64,000 nucleotides of DNA from Nageia nagi (lineage: Eukaryota > Plantae > Pinophyta): NCBI GenBank assembly GCA_050084985.1, contig JBITNC010000001.1, positions 160,394,001 to 160,458,000 of the forward strand. The letters run 5' to 3'. Under the pieces are notes generated by a model. It saw nothing but the letters and a program-made list of their open reading frames with translations. It did not search any database and was not told the origin of the DNA. The first letter of the stretch is position 1, and every line of letters begins with the position of its first letter. Made by a program: the position numbers and the translations under genes. Of this stretch, positions 12,960 through 25,160 are shown piece by piece.

Positions 12960-14160
12960 GTAGTGCTTTGCTCCCATAGATATCCAAGGTAAACTATGTT
13001 CCTTCAACCATTACTTTTACTATTAATTTCTCCCTTGTTTCACTTTTTGATTGTTAGCCCACATGATTTTATCCATATATAGTCTCTCATTTTCTTGGGT
13101 TTCCTTAATTATAGACTCATCTGAGTCTGATTGGCTATCATAAAACTTATTTATACAATACTTATTGGCCTTGTGGTTATCCCATCACTTAATTCTCTTC
13201 TCTTGATTATCTTCTTTGGTGACTCCCATTGTTCTTCATTTTCTTTTTTTCTATAGTTCTCTTCACTTTCTTTTATTTCTAGGTTTTCTTCCTCTCCTAT
13301 TGGGTTTCAATCTTTTAATGTTGTTTTTATCTATTCAGGCTCCTATTGTTGGGGTATTTCTACTTATTCCAATTTTTTTTGATTGAATTTCTTTTGTTTT
13401 GGTCTCCACTCCATTATGCATGTATTAACAATTTTCTTTTTAGCTGAGAAGGTCTTGACATTATGTCCTACTTGCTTGCAAGTTTTGCATAGGCATATAT
13501 TGTCTTCAAATCTTAATTCTTATTCTTTATCTCCTAGTTTCTATTCAAGTGTTATTGTTTCTAGCAGTATGACTCCATAATTGACCATAGCACATATTCT
13601 TGCATCTAGCATTCATGTTCTAGACATCATGACTTCATTGGCTGTAATGAATTTTCCAAAAGGTTGAATAATACCTTCATACAATATTTGATCCCAAAAT
13701 TCTAATGGAAGTAGGGAAATGGTGAGCCATATTGGTACCATTATGATTTATTCCTTTTCTAGATCAAAGCTCAACTTCCATTTTTCAAGGAAAAGACCTC
13801 TCAATCCAAAGAATAATGGTTTACTAAGTACAAAATTCATGTCTTCCTCATTTGAAAAAGTGAAAATGACATAATTGTTTAGGATTGAAATTACCTCTAC
13901 ATGTCCTTTTTTCCTCCATTGGAATGTTTCCCATTTTTGGATCATATCAAGGTTGGGCCTAGCTCCATGTACCTTTCCTAAAACATTGAAGCATACTCAA
14001 GTTTTTTCCTAGGAGATTACATCATCCATAATTTTAAGTCATAGTTTGTCCCCATATTTCTATATGGTTAGCAAAGGAACCTTCACCTCATTAACTTCAT
14101 TAGTAAATAGGATTTTCCACTTCATTTGTGCCATTTAAATGGTCATGGTTAGGGTGACCA
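12960..14160 (-). pseudogene. LINE ORF1 relic (DUF4283 plus CCHC-type knuckle)
   Basis: ORF 13748..13945 (W...GHVEVISILNNYVIFTFSNEEDMNFVL..PLFFG.RGLFLEKW); VPIW...LPLEFW; CKTCKQVGH at ~13460-13490. Confidence 0.85.
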
Positions 14161-14389
14161 TAGTAGACCATCTTCTCTTTGAAAATCTATTCTAATGTTG
14201 CACCTAACCCTAATTTGCTCCCTATTCTAGAATGTGTAAAAATTAAAGCACACACCCCCTTAAAATACTATTACATTCTCTCTTATTAACCTATTATAAA
14301 TTACCTCATCTACTTCTACACTTAGAGCCCTTAGCTCTCCCTTTGTATATCTTATTCTTAACCTTCCATATCCTCTTCGTCTAAGAGCT

Positions 14390-16186
14390 TATTTTCCCAT
14401 ATGCTTGCTTTTTTTTATCCCTTTCTTTGGTACCTCATCCCCCTTTATACTACAACTTTTTTTGGTACTTATTTTTCTCCCATAACTTGGCTTATAGGAA
14501 GCATTTTTTGGCATTTCCCCTCTACTTCTTTTACCCTTACCAATGTTTGCTACATTCTTCACTAACAAATTAAGAGAACACTCTTTAATTTTTGTTTTCT
14601 TTTTTCCCCTCCTTTTAATGCCTTGTAAGTCTTCCTTATGATCAAATACTTTCAAATAATTCTACCTCTTACCTAAATATATTTGCTATTTATAACAAGA
14701 ATACCACTTGATCTTCATACCCCTGCTATTCTAAATCATCAAAGTTCCTCTTTTTTCCTTTGGACTATTCAACTTGATCTGGTTCATTACTATTTAATTT
14801 TAAATCTCCTTGTTTGTTCTTTTTTCTAGTGAGATTTTTACCTAGGTCCCCTTTCTCTTCTTATAATTCAAACTTGCTTTTTGAGTTCCTTAAAACACTT
14901 CAGATTATAAGCCAATGATCTCTTAATCATCAAACACTCATGTTGTCTACCTTCTTTTTCCTTGTCATTTTTTGCACTTAATTCACCTACCTACAAAACA
15001 AGCTTTTTTTTTAGCCTCTTATTTCTTCTTAGCTCCTCTTGTCTTCCTGTATTTTCATTAGTTATGGCCTCTCTATGTACTTTAGGTTGAGGCCTCTTTA
15101 CTTTAACCATTTGTTGTCCCTTCTTGTAAATGATGCTCTTTTTCTTCTTTTCTATGTTCTCCTCCCATAATTTATCATTAATTTTTATTCTCTCCCCATT
15201 CATTCCGCAATTCATGCTAAATCTCAATAGGATTCTCCCTACTTTAGTGTCTTATGCTTCTAATTCTGGAGTCAAATGAACCTATTCAACTCCTTCAGCT
15301 ATAATCTGCCATGTAGCATTCATTATTTTGATTTAGTTGCAAGTTCTTATTTACTTATTTATTGCATTTGATATCTTCTTACCATGTTCAATGAATTGAA
15401 TTTCTTTTGCATTATATATGGGCTCTTTTTATCCTTCTTCTCTTCTTTGTATCTTCTTTCTATACCTCTCAAGGATTTCCCTATTTCATAAAATCCCCTT
15501 GATCTAGGTTCAAAGGTTTTACCTCCTACTATAACTTTAACCATAGGGAGCTTTATGGGAGATGATACCATCTCCCTATTATACACCAATTTTATAATCA
15601 TAGATTCATGCAAGAGGATAATAAATTTTTTTCTTATGACCTTTTTAATAGATAACAACATTGAGTTGAGGATAAAGAAAGGGAAGTTTACCCTATCTAT
15701 CTCAAGGAATAAAAAATGATTTAGAAAGTAAAAATAAGAAACCAATAGAACTTTATATATTCCTTCCATTGTGATATACTTGATCAAAGGTATAACTACT
15801 TCATCCTAAGGCTTCAGGAGAGATTTTCTTACCAATTATCTTTGGTATTTGTCTAGTTCTTTTGTCTTCATTACATTTTTTGGAAAGTTATTCCTTACAT
15901 CAAGATTAGTTTTCTTTTCTTTCCTTATTATAGATTGTAGAACTTTGTTTGGCATGAACATTTCTTGTGTAATTATCTCAAGGATAATTACAAACTCCCA
16001 ACCAATAGCATTTCATTTCCAATTACTCTAAGAGCTTGCTACATCGATAAAAAGTTGCTCATCATGGAATTTGCATGCATAAATAAACTTCTCCAAGCCA
16101 TATTTGCATACATTTTTTCACAATTATGCATTTTTCATTTTATCATTGGGTGGGACTAGCTAAATTCTTGCTATGTATTTTCCCAT
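14390..16186 (-). pseudogene. Extra ORF between LINE2 ORF2 and LINE1 ORF1 (unknown domain plus K/E-rich tail)
   Basis: ATG at 16186: MGKYIARI..VCKYGLEKFIYACKFHDEQL..*SNWK..IGWEFVI; then IKYITMEGIYKVLLVSYFYFLNHF...RVNFPFFILNSM...LLHESMIIKLVY (ORF 15359..15787); K/R-rich ORFs 14991..15227 and 14389..14655. Confidence 0.65.
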
Positions 16187-16659
16187 TTTATTTATATAGC
16201 AAATTGAGATTCTAATCTATTGCTCTTTTTATGCATTGACAAGCTGAATCAAGCAAAATATTACCCTCTTCCTAGTTAGAAAATACAACAATTCTAGGGT
16301 GATGAAAGAGAATCTATTTCAAATAAATGCTTTGATCTAGCTGTATAGCTCTCTTCCTATCACCACCTATCTCACCTTGAGGTGTTATAATTTCCAAGCT
16401 AGTTGACTACCACATCATTACTAGAACACCATCCCTTTCACCCCCAAGTTGCCATGGTGATGTTGGCTCCCAAAGCATGACAGAGAATGGAAATCACATA
16501 TCATGATCAATATAAACAATATTAACAAGTCTTACATGATGCTAAAAAGTGAATAAACAATTTGATTATTTGACTTCTCCCTTCCTACAAATCCTATGGT
16601 TAAGCTATTTATGAATCAAATCATCAAAATAATGCATTAGGCTTATAAAAATATAACAC

Positions 16660-18655
16660 AAAACCTTGCTACTGCTAATTACCAAAAATTACAAAGCTTA
16701 TTTAATTCTAAGTAAACTAAAAAATTTAAATTTAGGCTATAAAAACCTCTTTATGCACCTTATTCTACTTCTTCCTATCTACCCTCTTTCTTCTAACATA
16801 AGCCTCATAGTTTTCTCTTTCTCTCATAATTTCCACCATATATATATATCAATAGCTTTCCTTCTTTTTTTGTTAAATGTTCTTTCATTTATTTCCTTCC
16901 AAATCTACCATAGGGTGTGAGCTAAGGATAAATACCATGTCTTATCCTTTTGTTCATATCCTTTGAATGGATTTCATTCTAATATCAGTTCTATAATCTT
17001 AACTACCATCATTCCTTGAAATTTGATCTCTTTCCTAGTCTCATTCCAAATTTCTATAGAAATGTTACATTATATGCAAATACGGTTCTTTGATTCTTCT
17101 TATTTGTAGCACAGATTACATCTATTTGGGAATATCATCTCATTTTTTTAATATTATCAATAGTGGATAACTTATTTTTGGCCATGAGCCTAATAAAAAA
17201 GGGAATTTTAGATATTATAACACTTGTCTACACTCTTTTCCATTGATCTTAATTATTTTATTTTTGGTCATTCATTAGCTAGTTTATTGTATCTCTAATA
17301 TTAACATCTCCCTGCTTAGATGGATTCCATGTTGGGCTCTCTCTTTCTTTATTTATCAAAATCCCACTCTAATTTAATTCTTCCAATAACTTATCAATTT
17401 ATGGATTTGTAGCTATTTTTGGTAACTCTTTTATGTACAAATTACCTATTTTCTATGAGTAATAGTCCCTTGTCCTTTATCCTTGGTTTACTATCAACCA
17501 TTTAGCTTCATGCTTCAAATTCTTGTAATATATGAGTGGCTTTTCCCTTATCCATGAGTCTTATTAGAAAAAAGTTTCATCTCCTTTTCCTATTTTCCAT
17601 TTGATTTCTTCCCTATCCAATCCCTTGTTTGAATAATTCCATTATAGAAGGTTAATCTTGGGGGAGGATTGGTTACTCTAAGAAATTTATTACTAATTTC
17701 TAGATATTTAACCTTACAAAATTTTTTCCACTCTCTCTCTTCCTCCACTACAATCTTCCATGCCATTTTACTTTTGAATGCTATATTTAGGTGCTTAATT
17801 CTCTTTAGACTAAGTCCCCCTTTTATTTTTCCTTACATATTTTTCTCCAAGAAACTAATTTTTTTTTTCCTTCTCTCCATCTCCTTCCCATAGGAATTTT
17901 CTACAATCTTTTTCTATTTTTCTTGCTATGGATTTTGGCATATTAAATACTTGTATCTTGTAGATAGGGATACTTTGTAGCATCTATTTTATTAGTAAAA
18001 TTATAACATCATAGGTTAAAATTTTACCTTTCCATCCTACCATTTTATTATTAATTTTAATCACCATTCTATCATAATGATCTATAGTGATTCTTCCAAT
18101 AAAGAGAGGAATTCAAAGGTACCCTTTTGCAAGGTCATCTATCAAGCATCCAAATATTTTTTCTATTCTTTTCTATTTTCTTTTGGGAAAATTCAAAAAA
18201 TATACCTTTAGTTTTGGAGATTTATATGTTGATGCAAAGCTCTTTTATAATTTCTTACTATTTGTTTTAAAATCATAGATTCCTCCTCCTATTCTTTCCC
18301 TACCACAATCATGTCATCAATAAACTAAACATGGGTAATAGCTACACACTATTTTGCTAGCTTAATACCACTAACATTTCCTTTTTCCTATTCTTTTTTT
18401 ATTGCTCTCACTAGAGCTTCCACTATAATAATGAAAACATAAGGTGAGATTGGGTTCCCTTACCTAAGGCCTCTCTTTGCTCCAAAATAACCTATTGATT
18501 CTCCATTAACTATGATTAAATACTTTGGTGGTGAGATACATTCACTAATCCACTCCCTCCACTTATCACTAAATATTTTTAATACTAACTCCAAGAAGTC
18601 CCAATTCACTATATCATATACAATCTCCATATATAGTTTAAGTAACATCATTTCT
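16660..18655 (-). mobile_element. Second, 5'-truncated L1-clade LINE (RT C-terminal half plus zf-RVT)
   Basis: YDIVNWDFLE..W.EWISECI..YLIIVNG...GYFGAKRGLR*GNPISPY; ITHV*FIDD (~18315-18340); KGGLSLKRI; KNKLSTIDNIKK (~17150-17200). Confidence 0.88.
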
Positions 18656-19339
18656 TATTTTTATCTCTTTTAGGTTTAAAGGGTTTTGTTAATTGAATTT
18701 TATGTCAATGAAATTGTGGGATAATTACAAATAAATCATCTAGCTATAAGCAATGCTCTCTTCCACTTTATGAGGAGAATATTTGGATGAGTAAGTTAAA
18801 ATGATAGACATTTAACTAAGCATCTTGTAAAATAATCATACAACTAAAATATGAAACCCACCCTATGATAATCACTTACAAGTTGCATCTAAGATTCACT
18901 TTTCTAAAATATATTGATGAAGCTTAAAGCTTACTAAGTAATGAATTTAAACACATCTTACAATTAATAACAAATACATAAATATGTACCTACATAATTT
19001 TAATAAAATATCCATTAAATTGTATTCAAACAAAGCAATACATAATTTGACTATATTAACTTTTATAAAAGATATTGGGAAGATGACTACTTGAGTTTTG
19101 TACTGTCTTACAACAAATGTGTTATATTACATTTGAAATACAATTTTATATGTAAAAAATATTTCAATTATATTTTCAACTTTAACAATATTTATACATA
19201 CAATTATTTGATAAGTAGAAGGGAATAAGGGGAGGGGAAGGGGATAAGGGGAGGGGGAGAAGGGGTGGTTTAAAACATAAATAAGATTCTTCATGGTCAT
19301 TTAAAACAATCTTTAAAGATTTATACATATAATAAAGAA

Positions 19340-19520
19340 ACTATAAAATGTTATCTCATGGAATGCAATTATTGTAGGATATGCCTAAATAAGGTATCTT
19401 CTCATGGGGTATGATAATTTCATGGAGTATAATAATTTCAAGTTATGATAAGATATCTTATGATTGTGAATACCCTTATAGATATGTTTTAATATATGTG
19501 GAAGCATAGAGAAGGCATGC
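19340..19520 (+). pseudogene. PPR fragments
   Basis: NVISWNAIIVGYA*; IVNTLIDM..CGSIEKAC. Confidence 0.75.
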
Positions 19521-20348
19521 GATAAGTGTAAAATAGGGTTGGTTATGCTTGTGGATGATTTAATTTTAAAATTCCATAAACCTATTGATAATTTTATAAA
19601 ATACTAAACATATTCTGAATCTCACTTTTTATTATTTTCATGATGTTTATTTGAATTTGTTCTTAAACCAATCAATTGTATTTTTTGAAAATAATTGGGG
19701 GCTTGCAAACAATACATGTTGTGTGCATTTTCTATGATCATTAAAATCCATGTGGTTGTATCTTTATGTTCCATTTTATTAAATATTACATATGCATTTT
19801 ATATATTTCCATATAATTACTAATGTTAAATTACTCAAGCTAATAATATAGAGTTTCATTATAGAATATGTTAATCTTACAAGCATCGACCTCTTTTTTC
19901 AATGCTAAGTGATCATATTCTCTTTTTATACCATCCATTTACATCTAGCCTATTTTTTTGTGGGGTTAATTAAGATAACTTCAAATTACTGATATATTCT
20001 TTCATTAAAGACATATTAATCTTGTAAATTTATGCCTATCTTTCTCAATGTTAGGTGATCATATTCTATACTACTACCATCCTCGATATCTCCATGTTAT
20101 TACATGTCTATTATTTATTTAATCAAAGAGACAAAAGGATTATGATGAATTATATTTAATATTACTCAATAATTTTAGTATTTTTTATATTTTAGGGTTG
20201 AAGTTCATATACATTCAATGATAAGAAAAGGTTGATCACTCTTAACTATTATCATTTAATTTAGAGTTTATTAGGTAATATATAACATTATCAACCTATA
20301 TATAGAATATAAATGTAAATTCCATGCCAAAAATTATACAAAAAGGTA

Positions 20349-20421
20349 TGTTATATGTGGGAATCAAACCCATGACCACATGGTTAAAAGCTACATGCTC
20401 TACTAATTGAGCTAAGATAGT
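20349..20421 (-). tRNA. tRNA-Lys(UUU) pseudogene
   Basis: Minus strand reads ACTATCTTAGCTCAATTAGTAGAGCATGTAGCTTTTAACCATGTGGTCATGGGTTTGATTCCCACATATAACA (73 nt), with A box, CTTTTAA anticodon loop and B-box-like GTTTGATTC. It differs from recalled plant cytosolic tRNA-Lys-TTT almost only by G>A/C>T. TTTTT follows 4 nt downstream. Confidence 0.9.
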
Positions 20422-20630
20422 TAGGAGTTAGGGACTAGGGATTAAGGATTATATATTAAATATTAAGGGTTAGGGATTAAGGATTAGGAGAGGGAGAAGG
20501 GGAGAAGGGGAGGAGGATAAGGGGAGGGGAAGGGGATTAGGGATTAAGGGTTAGGTATTAGGTACTAGGGGTTATAGGGTAGGGGGAAGGGGAGGGGATT
20601 AAGGATTATAGGTTAGGTATTAGGGATTAT
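20421..20630 (+). repeat. Degenerate telomere-like/G-rich tract (TTAGGG, GGGATTA and GGGGA units)
   Basis: Directly visible runs such as gggttagggattaaggattagg and ggggaggggaaggggattagggattaagggttagg. Confidence 0.8.
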
Positions 20631-20739
20631 CCATTTTCAAACTAAGATACAAGTTTCAAATAACTAAATGAATAATAATATTAATTTATAAACTTACATA
20701 TATTTTTTCAATCTATTATACCATTTGCATCTTCTCATT

Positions 20740-23700
20740 TTTGTAATGTATCCATAATTGTCTCATGTTACTCTATCAAAATGGTCCACAACATTTTATA
20801 TTTTTTGATAGTACCAAATGTAAGTAGTGTATAATTTTCTTATGTATTTCATAATTTTTGTATGCAGTCAAACAATTCTTTCTTTTAAGATATGTTTGTA
20901 GCCATGCACCAAAAACCATCATAAAATGAATATTTTGTTCTAACCATGTTATATATTTCATAATTTTTATATGTAGGAAAACCATTCTTTCTTTTATGTT
21001 AACTCATCATCAAATATAGTATGATTTAAATTATGTTCTATTTCAACACATTGAGCTAACCAATACTTTGTTCTCTCTTCATTCCCCTAAGGTTCCATAA
21101 CAACATATACATTTTGGCAACCAAAATTTGTATCAATAAAGTATGAAATATAAAACTAACATATATACATAATTATGTATTAATATAACTATATTTAATT
21201 AAATATTTTAATTTAAAATGAATTAAATTACCTTATTGTACAAGGTTCGAAACATGATCATAGTCATTTGATGTAAACAATTGATTCTCATATTCATTTC
21301 CTATTTCATGTTCATCATGTGATTATGTAGGTATCAAAGATCTATATTTTTATTCCTCAACCCATTACTTATATGTACATACTTCCAAATCAACTACAAT
21401 ACAAAATTAATAAAAATATGCAAGATCACTTGCATTTAAAATCCTAAATGAATGCCACTTTGTTGATCCATTGATTGTCCCACAATCAATATGAATTATA
21501 ATATTCTACTCCTAAAATAACCAAAAGAATCATTTAATTATAGAATTCTCACGTGATCTTGTAGATAATTTTCTATGACACCAATACATAATTGCACATG
21601 CATCTTTAAATTTGGTTGCATCTCCAAATTTTAGCTGCTCTCTACCAAGAGCTCTTTTAATGCATGCATCTAGTCCATCTTGTCCTCCTTTACCATGTTT
21701 AGTTTCAAAAAAATCCATACATGTTGGATACTATTCTCTTTGTGAGCTCTACTTAGCCAACAAAACATATGTCCATTTTAAAACTATCTCGTATAATTAT
21801 ATGAGCAAATTAAATATTATTCCATTTGAATCTATCTTTCCTTCAATTTTTTGTAAAATACTCTAAAGCAATATTGGATAGACTCTAATGAGTGTAATTG
21901 GTTTTCACTCACATATGAATGATACTCCCTCAAAATTTTCCTATTATCTTGTATACTACCATACACATATCTATATCCAATATGAACAAAAATGGAAACT
22001 TGCATTAAATTATAATATTGAGATTCAATTTATTCTTATCATGCCAGAGTATATTTTTTCATAAAATTAACCACTGATAATATAGTTCCAATTGAAAATG
22101 TATTTCTACATAAGTGAAATCGACTATTAAGACACCAAGCATGTGTGAAGTGTTTCACATATTTGGGTAGTATTTTACTCTTAAAATCATCCATAAATAT
22201 ATGCACACTAATGGTTTTAATGATCAAATCAACATACTTTACAATTTTTCCATCCTTCAAAGAATACTCAATATTCTTGAATTTTTTAACATGCACTCAT
22301 TATTGTCCAAATTCATGTTCACTAGTTTTATGCATACATCCTACTAAGAATGAAAAGTTACCACAATTATTACATTGTATAGAAATAAATTCCTTTAATT
22401 AAAATGATTTCTCATTAGGATTTTTACAAAATAACCTTGTTATAAACTCATTGATATTTTTAGAAGGCATATTAGTAATACCAAATTCATGCATCAAATC
22501 ATTAGTATGCAAAGTACAATGAATATGCTAAAAAAATCATAATAATGTTTAAAACATATATCAGTCTTACAAGAACATGATACTCTTTGTTTATAAACTT
22601 TTCACTTACCAAGGTTTTTATTTTTCAAATTATCTTTGACTAATATTAAATGGTAACAATGATTCACCTAAAGTTTTTAAATAAAGTTCAATTTGAGTCA
22701 TATCTAATAGGTGTTTAGCATCAAGATCATTTTTTTTATCCTACTCTTAGATTCAAAATATCTCTAGTATTAGATGAAACCCTAATATTATTATGTCAAA
22801 TTTTTCAATTAAAGATTTATGTTTTTTATTCAATTTCATGTTAGACTATGGGAATCTATCATTAAAAATCTAACATTGGTTGATTAGATCAATTGTAATT
22901 CTTAATCTTCTCTTTGTAACTCTTTGCAAAGTTTTATGACTTATGTTTACAAATCCACTAACCTTACCTATGATTTTTTTATTTGAAGTTGTTTTACTAA
23001 CTAATGTTATTTTTATAGCTCGATGTGCCATATACTTATCTTTATATCGACTCTTCTTCCCTATAGATTCAATGGCACTAGAAAAAATGGATATAACTTA
23101 TTTAAGGGGTTCATCTTTCTTTACATAAACACCTAAATGTTTCACTACTTTTCTCATTTTCTACATTCTCATTAATTGTAATAGGAGTTAACATTGAAAA
23201 CCTAATGTTTCCTTATAGAAAAATTAATCATATTTGTCTCTTGTATTTCTTACTAGGGATATTATCTAAAATATATTGCTTTCAATTTAAAAAAAAAAAA
23301 ACATTGTCAAAAGAATTATTAAAACTAGAATTTTCAATATTATTTATTATTTCTATTTTTTCATGATTAGAATTAATATCATCTATATTATCAAAACATG
23401 GGTTGAAAGATATATCTAAATTTATTTTGGTATTCACATTTCACATGTAATTCAAAGGATGATTTGAAATCATACCCATATTTGTATCCATAGTCATCAA
23501 AATTAAAGATTCATTGATTAGTAGATTTGAAGATGTACTTGTATTTGAAGCTTCATTCAATGCTAGATTTGAAGAGGAACTTAGATTGGAAGCTTCTATC
23601 AAATCTGGATGTTCCATAGTTGCATCATTTATGTTAATATCATCAATTATCTTCTCTTGATTATTATCCTCCTTAATTGTTATTTTAATTTAGGTTCAGG

Positions 23701-23979
23701 TTAAGCCTTGGAAAAGGCATCATTCACTAGTGGATTTGAAGATGTGCATGGATTTGAAGAGGTACTTAGATTTGAAGCTTCTATCATATTTGAATGTTCT
23801 ATAGTTGCATCATCTATTTTAATTATGTTCTCCTGGTTGTTCTCTTTCTTAATTGAAATTGAACTTAAAGTTTTATATCTATCTCTTTATCTTTTTGATT
23901 TCTTCTCTTTATTCAGTTGAATTTCTTTATGCTCCATAGTCCTCCTTGCTCTTTTTATTTAATGATGTTTTGAACCCAT
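20740..23979 (-). pseudogene. Sola2-like DDD transposase relic
   Basis: ATG at 23979. Cys cluster (SCSCK..., CKN...QCNNCG) at ~22590-22360. GTILSVVNFMKKYTLA is a decayed VVDFAENYT (first Asp). FFETKHGKGGQDGLDACIKRAL is the HGKGxxDGxG motif (third Asp). Putative intron ~21231-21128 with a GTAATT donor. Confidence 0.75.
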
Positions 23980-25159
23980 TAATTACCAAAATTATTAAAG
24001 AAAACTTAAAAAATATCTTTGCTCAAGAATTTCTTCTAAAAATGATAGTTTCTTCATTATGAAAACCTTCTTTTTACCATCAAATATTCTTATTTCACCT
24101 TGAAAAATACTACAATAGTCACCACCTTTGATAAGAGATTAAAAACTGGAGTACAAAAAGCTTCTTCTCAAGAATTTTACGTTAAAAAATGCAAGAATGC
24201 CACTTTTAAAACTCAAGATGACATAGAGTACAAACATGATGATGCATAGTTTGGAAAGGTATTATCCAAAGTACTATTGTCAACAATGGGTACACAAGGA
24301 ACATAATTTTATTTTCAAATAAAATTTCATTTATAACAAAATTTGATTTTAAGATGAAATTTCTTTTTAAACATTAAAAAATAAGAAAATTTTATTTTGA
24401 ACCAAAATTTTATTATTTGAATTTAGGTTTAGGTTTAGCCTTGGAAAAGGCTTGGTGGGCCAAGTCTTAGCCTTGAACATGGAACTTCTTGTTTGTGGTA
24501 ATGGGAGTGATAAATTGTGATTTTTGATGGATGTTTGATCAAGCTTTCTTGGGAGTTTTTTATGAAATTAAACCTATTTTATGTCATAGAGTGCATATTA
24601 CAAATAAGTATTTTTTTTTACAATTTGATTATATTTTTGTATTTTTAAATTAATTTTGAATGAAATTGGTCATTAAAATTGAAAATTTATTTTCTATTAC
24701 TTTTTTAATAACTTTATTTTTTTGAGGAATTATGAAAAAATATTATATGTTCACAATCTATAGATAATTGTCTATTAAATGAAAAAAAGGATAAGTTTAG
24801 GTCAAATTATATGTTCATTGTGTTAGGTATCTTTTCCAAAAAGGATTTAAAAAATATTATATTGTAGGTCAAACTATGCTTGTTATAGATGTGCATAGTA
24901 TGGTCTTGAAATAGTACTTTTTAAATAATGGCTTTAAGAAGTGCCTATCATAAATCAACTTATATCAATTGGGTATTGGAATAAATTACATTTTTGGAAA
25001 CTACAATCTAAGAAATTTATTTTTACCATAGTGATAGTTTTCAAGATTCCATCTCTAAGGGATTCAAATGTAGATATCAACTATGAACAAACCTAAAAAT
25101 CAAGGAATACATGTCCACTTTTTGCCTATTTCATGGATCCAACTTCTTGCATTGACCCC
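23980..25159 (-). mobile_element. 5' arm and terminus of the Sola2-like element
   Basis: Minus strand begins GGGGTCAATGCAAGAAGTTGG, compatible with the GRG ends described for Sola2. The sequence switches abruptly to PPR-derived DNA right of 25159. The partner terminus was not found. Confidence 0.5.
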
Positions 25160-25160
25160 T

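Larger units (their letters stand above)
7400..14200 (-). mobile_element. L1-clade LINE retrotransposon, near full length, degraded
   Basis: Co-directional ORF1 (DUF4283 plus zinc knuckle) and ORF2 (APE endonuclease, RT, zf-RVT). The 3' end is placed tentatively near 7400. Confidence 0.9.

Noticed and set aside
20349-20421. Functional tRNA or tRNA-derived SINE
   Set aside because: Acceptor and anticodon stems and the T-loop C are disrupted, so it is not functional; a T5 terminator follows immediately with no SINE body or A-tail.
20421-20630. True telomere or chromosome-fusion scar
   Set aside because: The tract is short and highly degenerate, is mixed with GGGGA units, and contains no TTTAGGG array.
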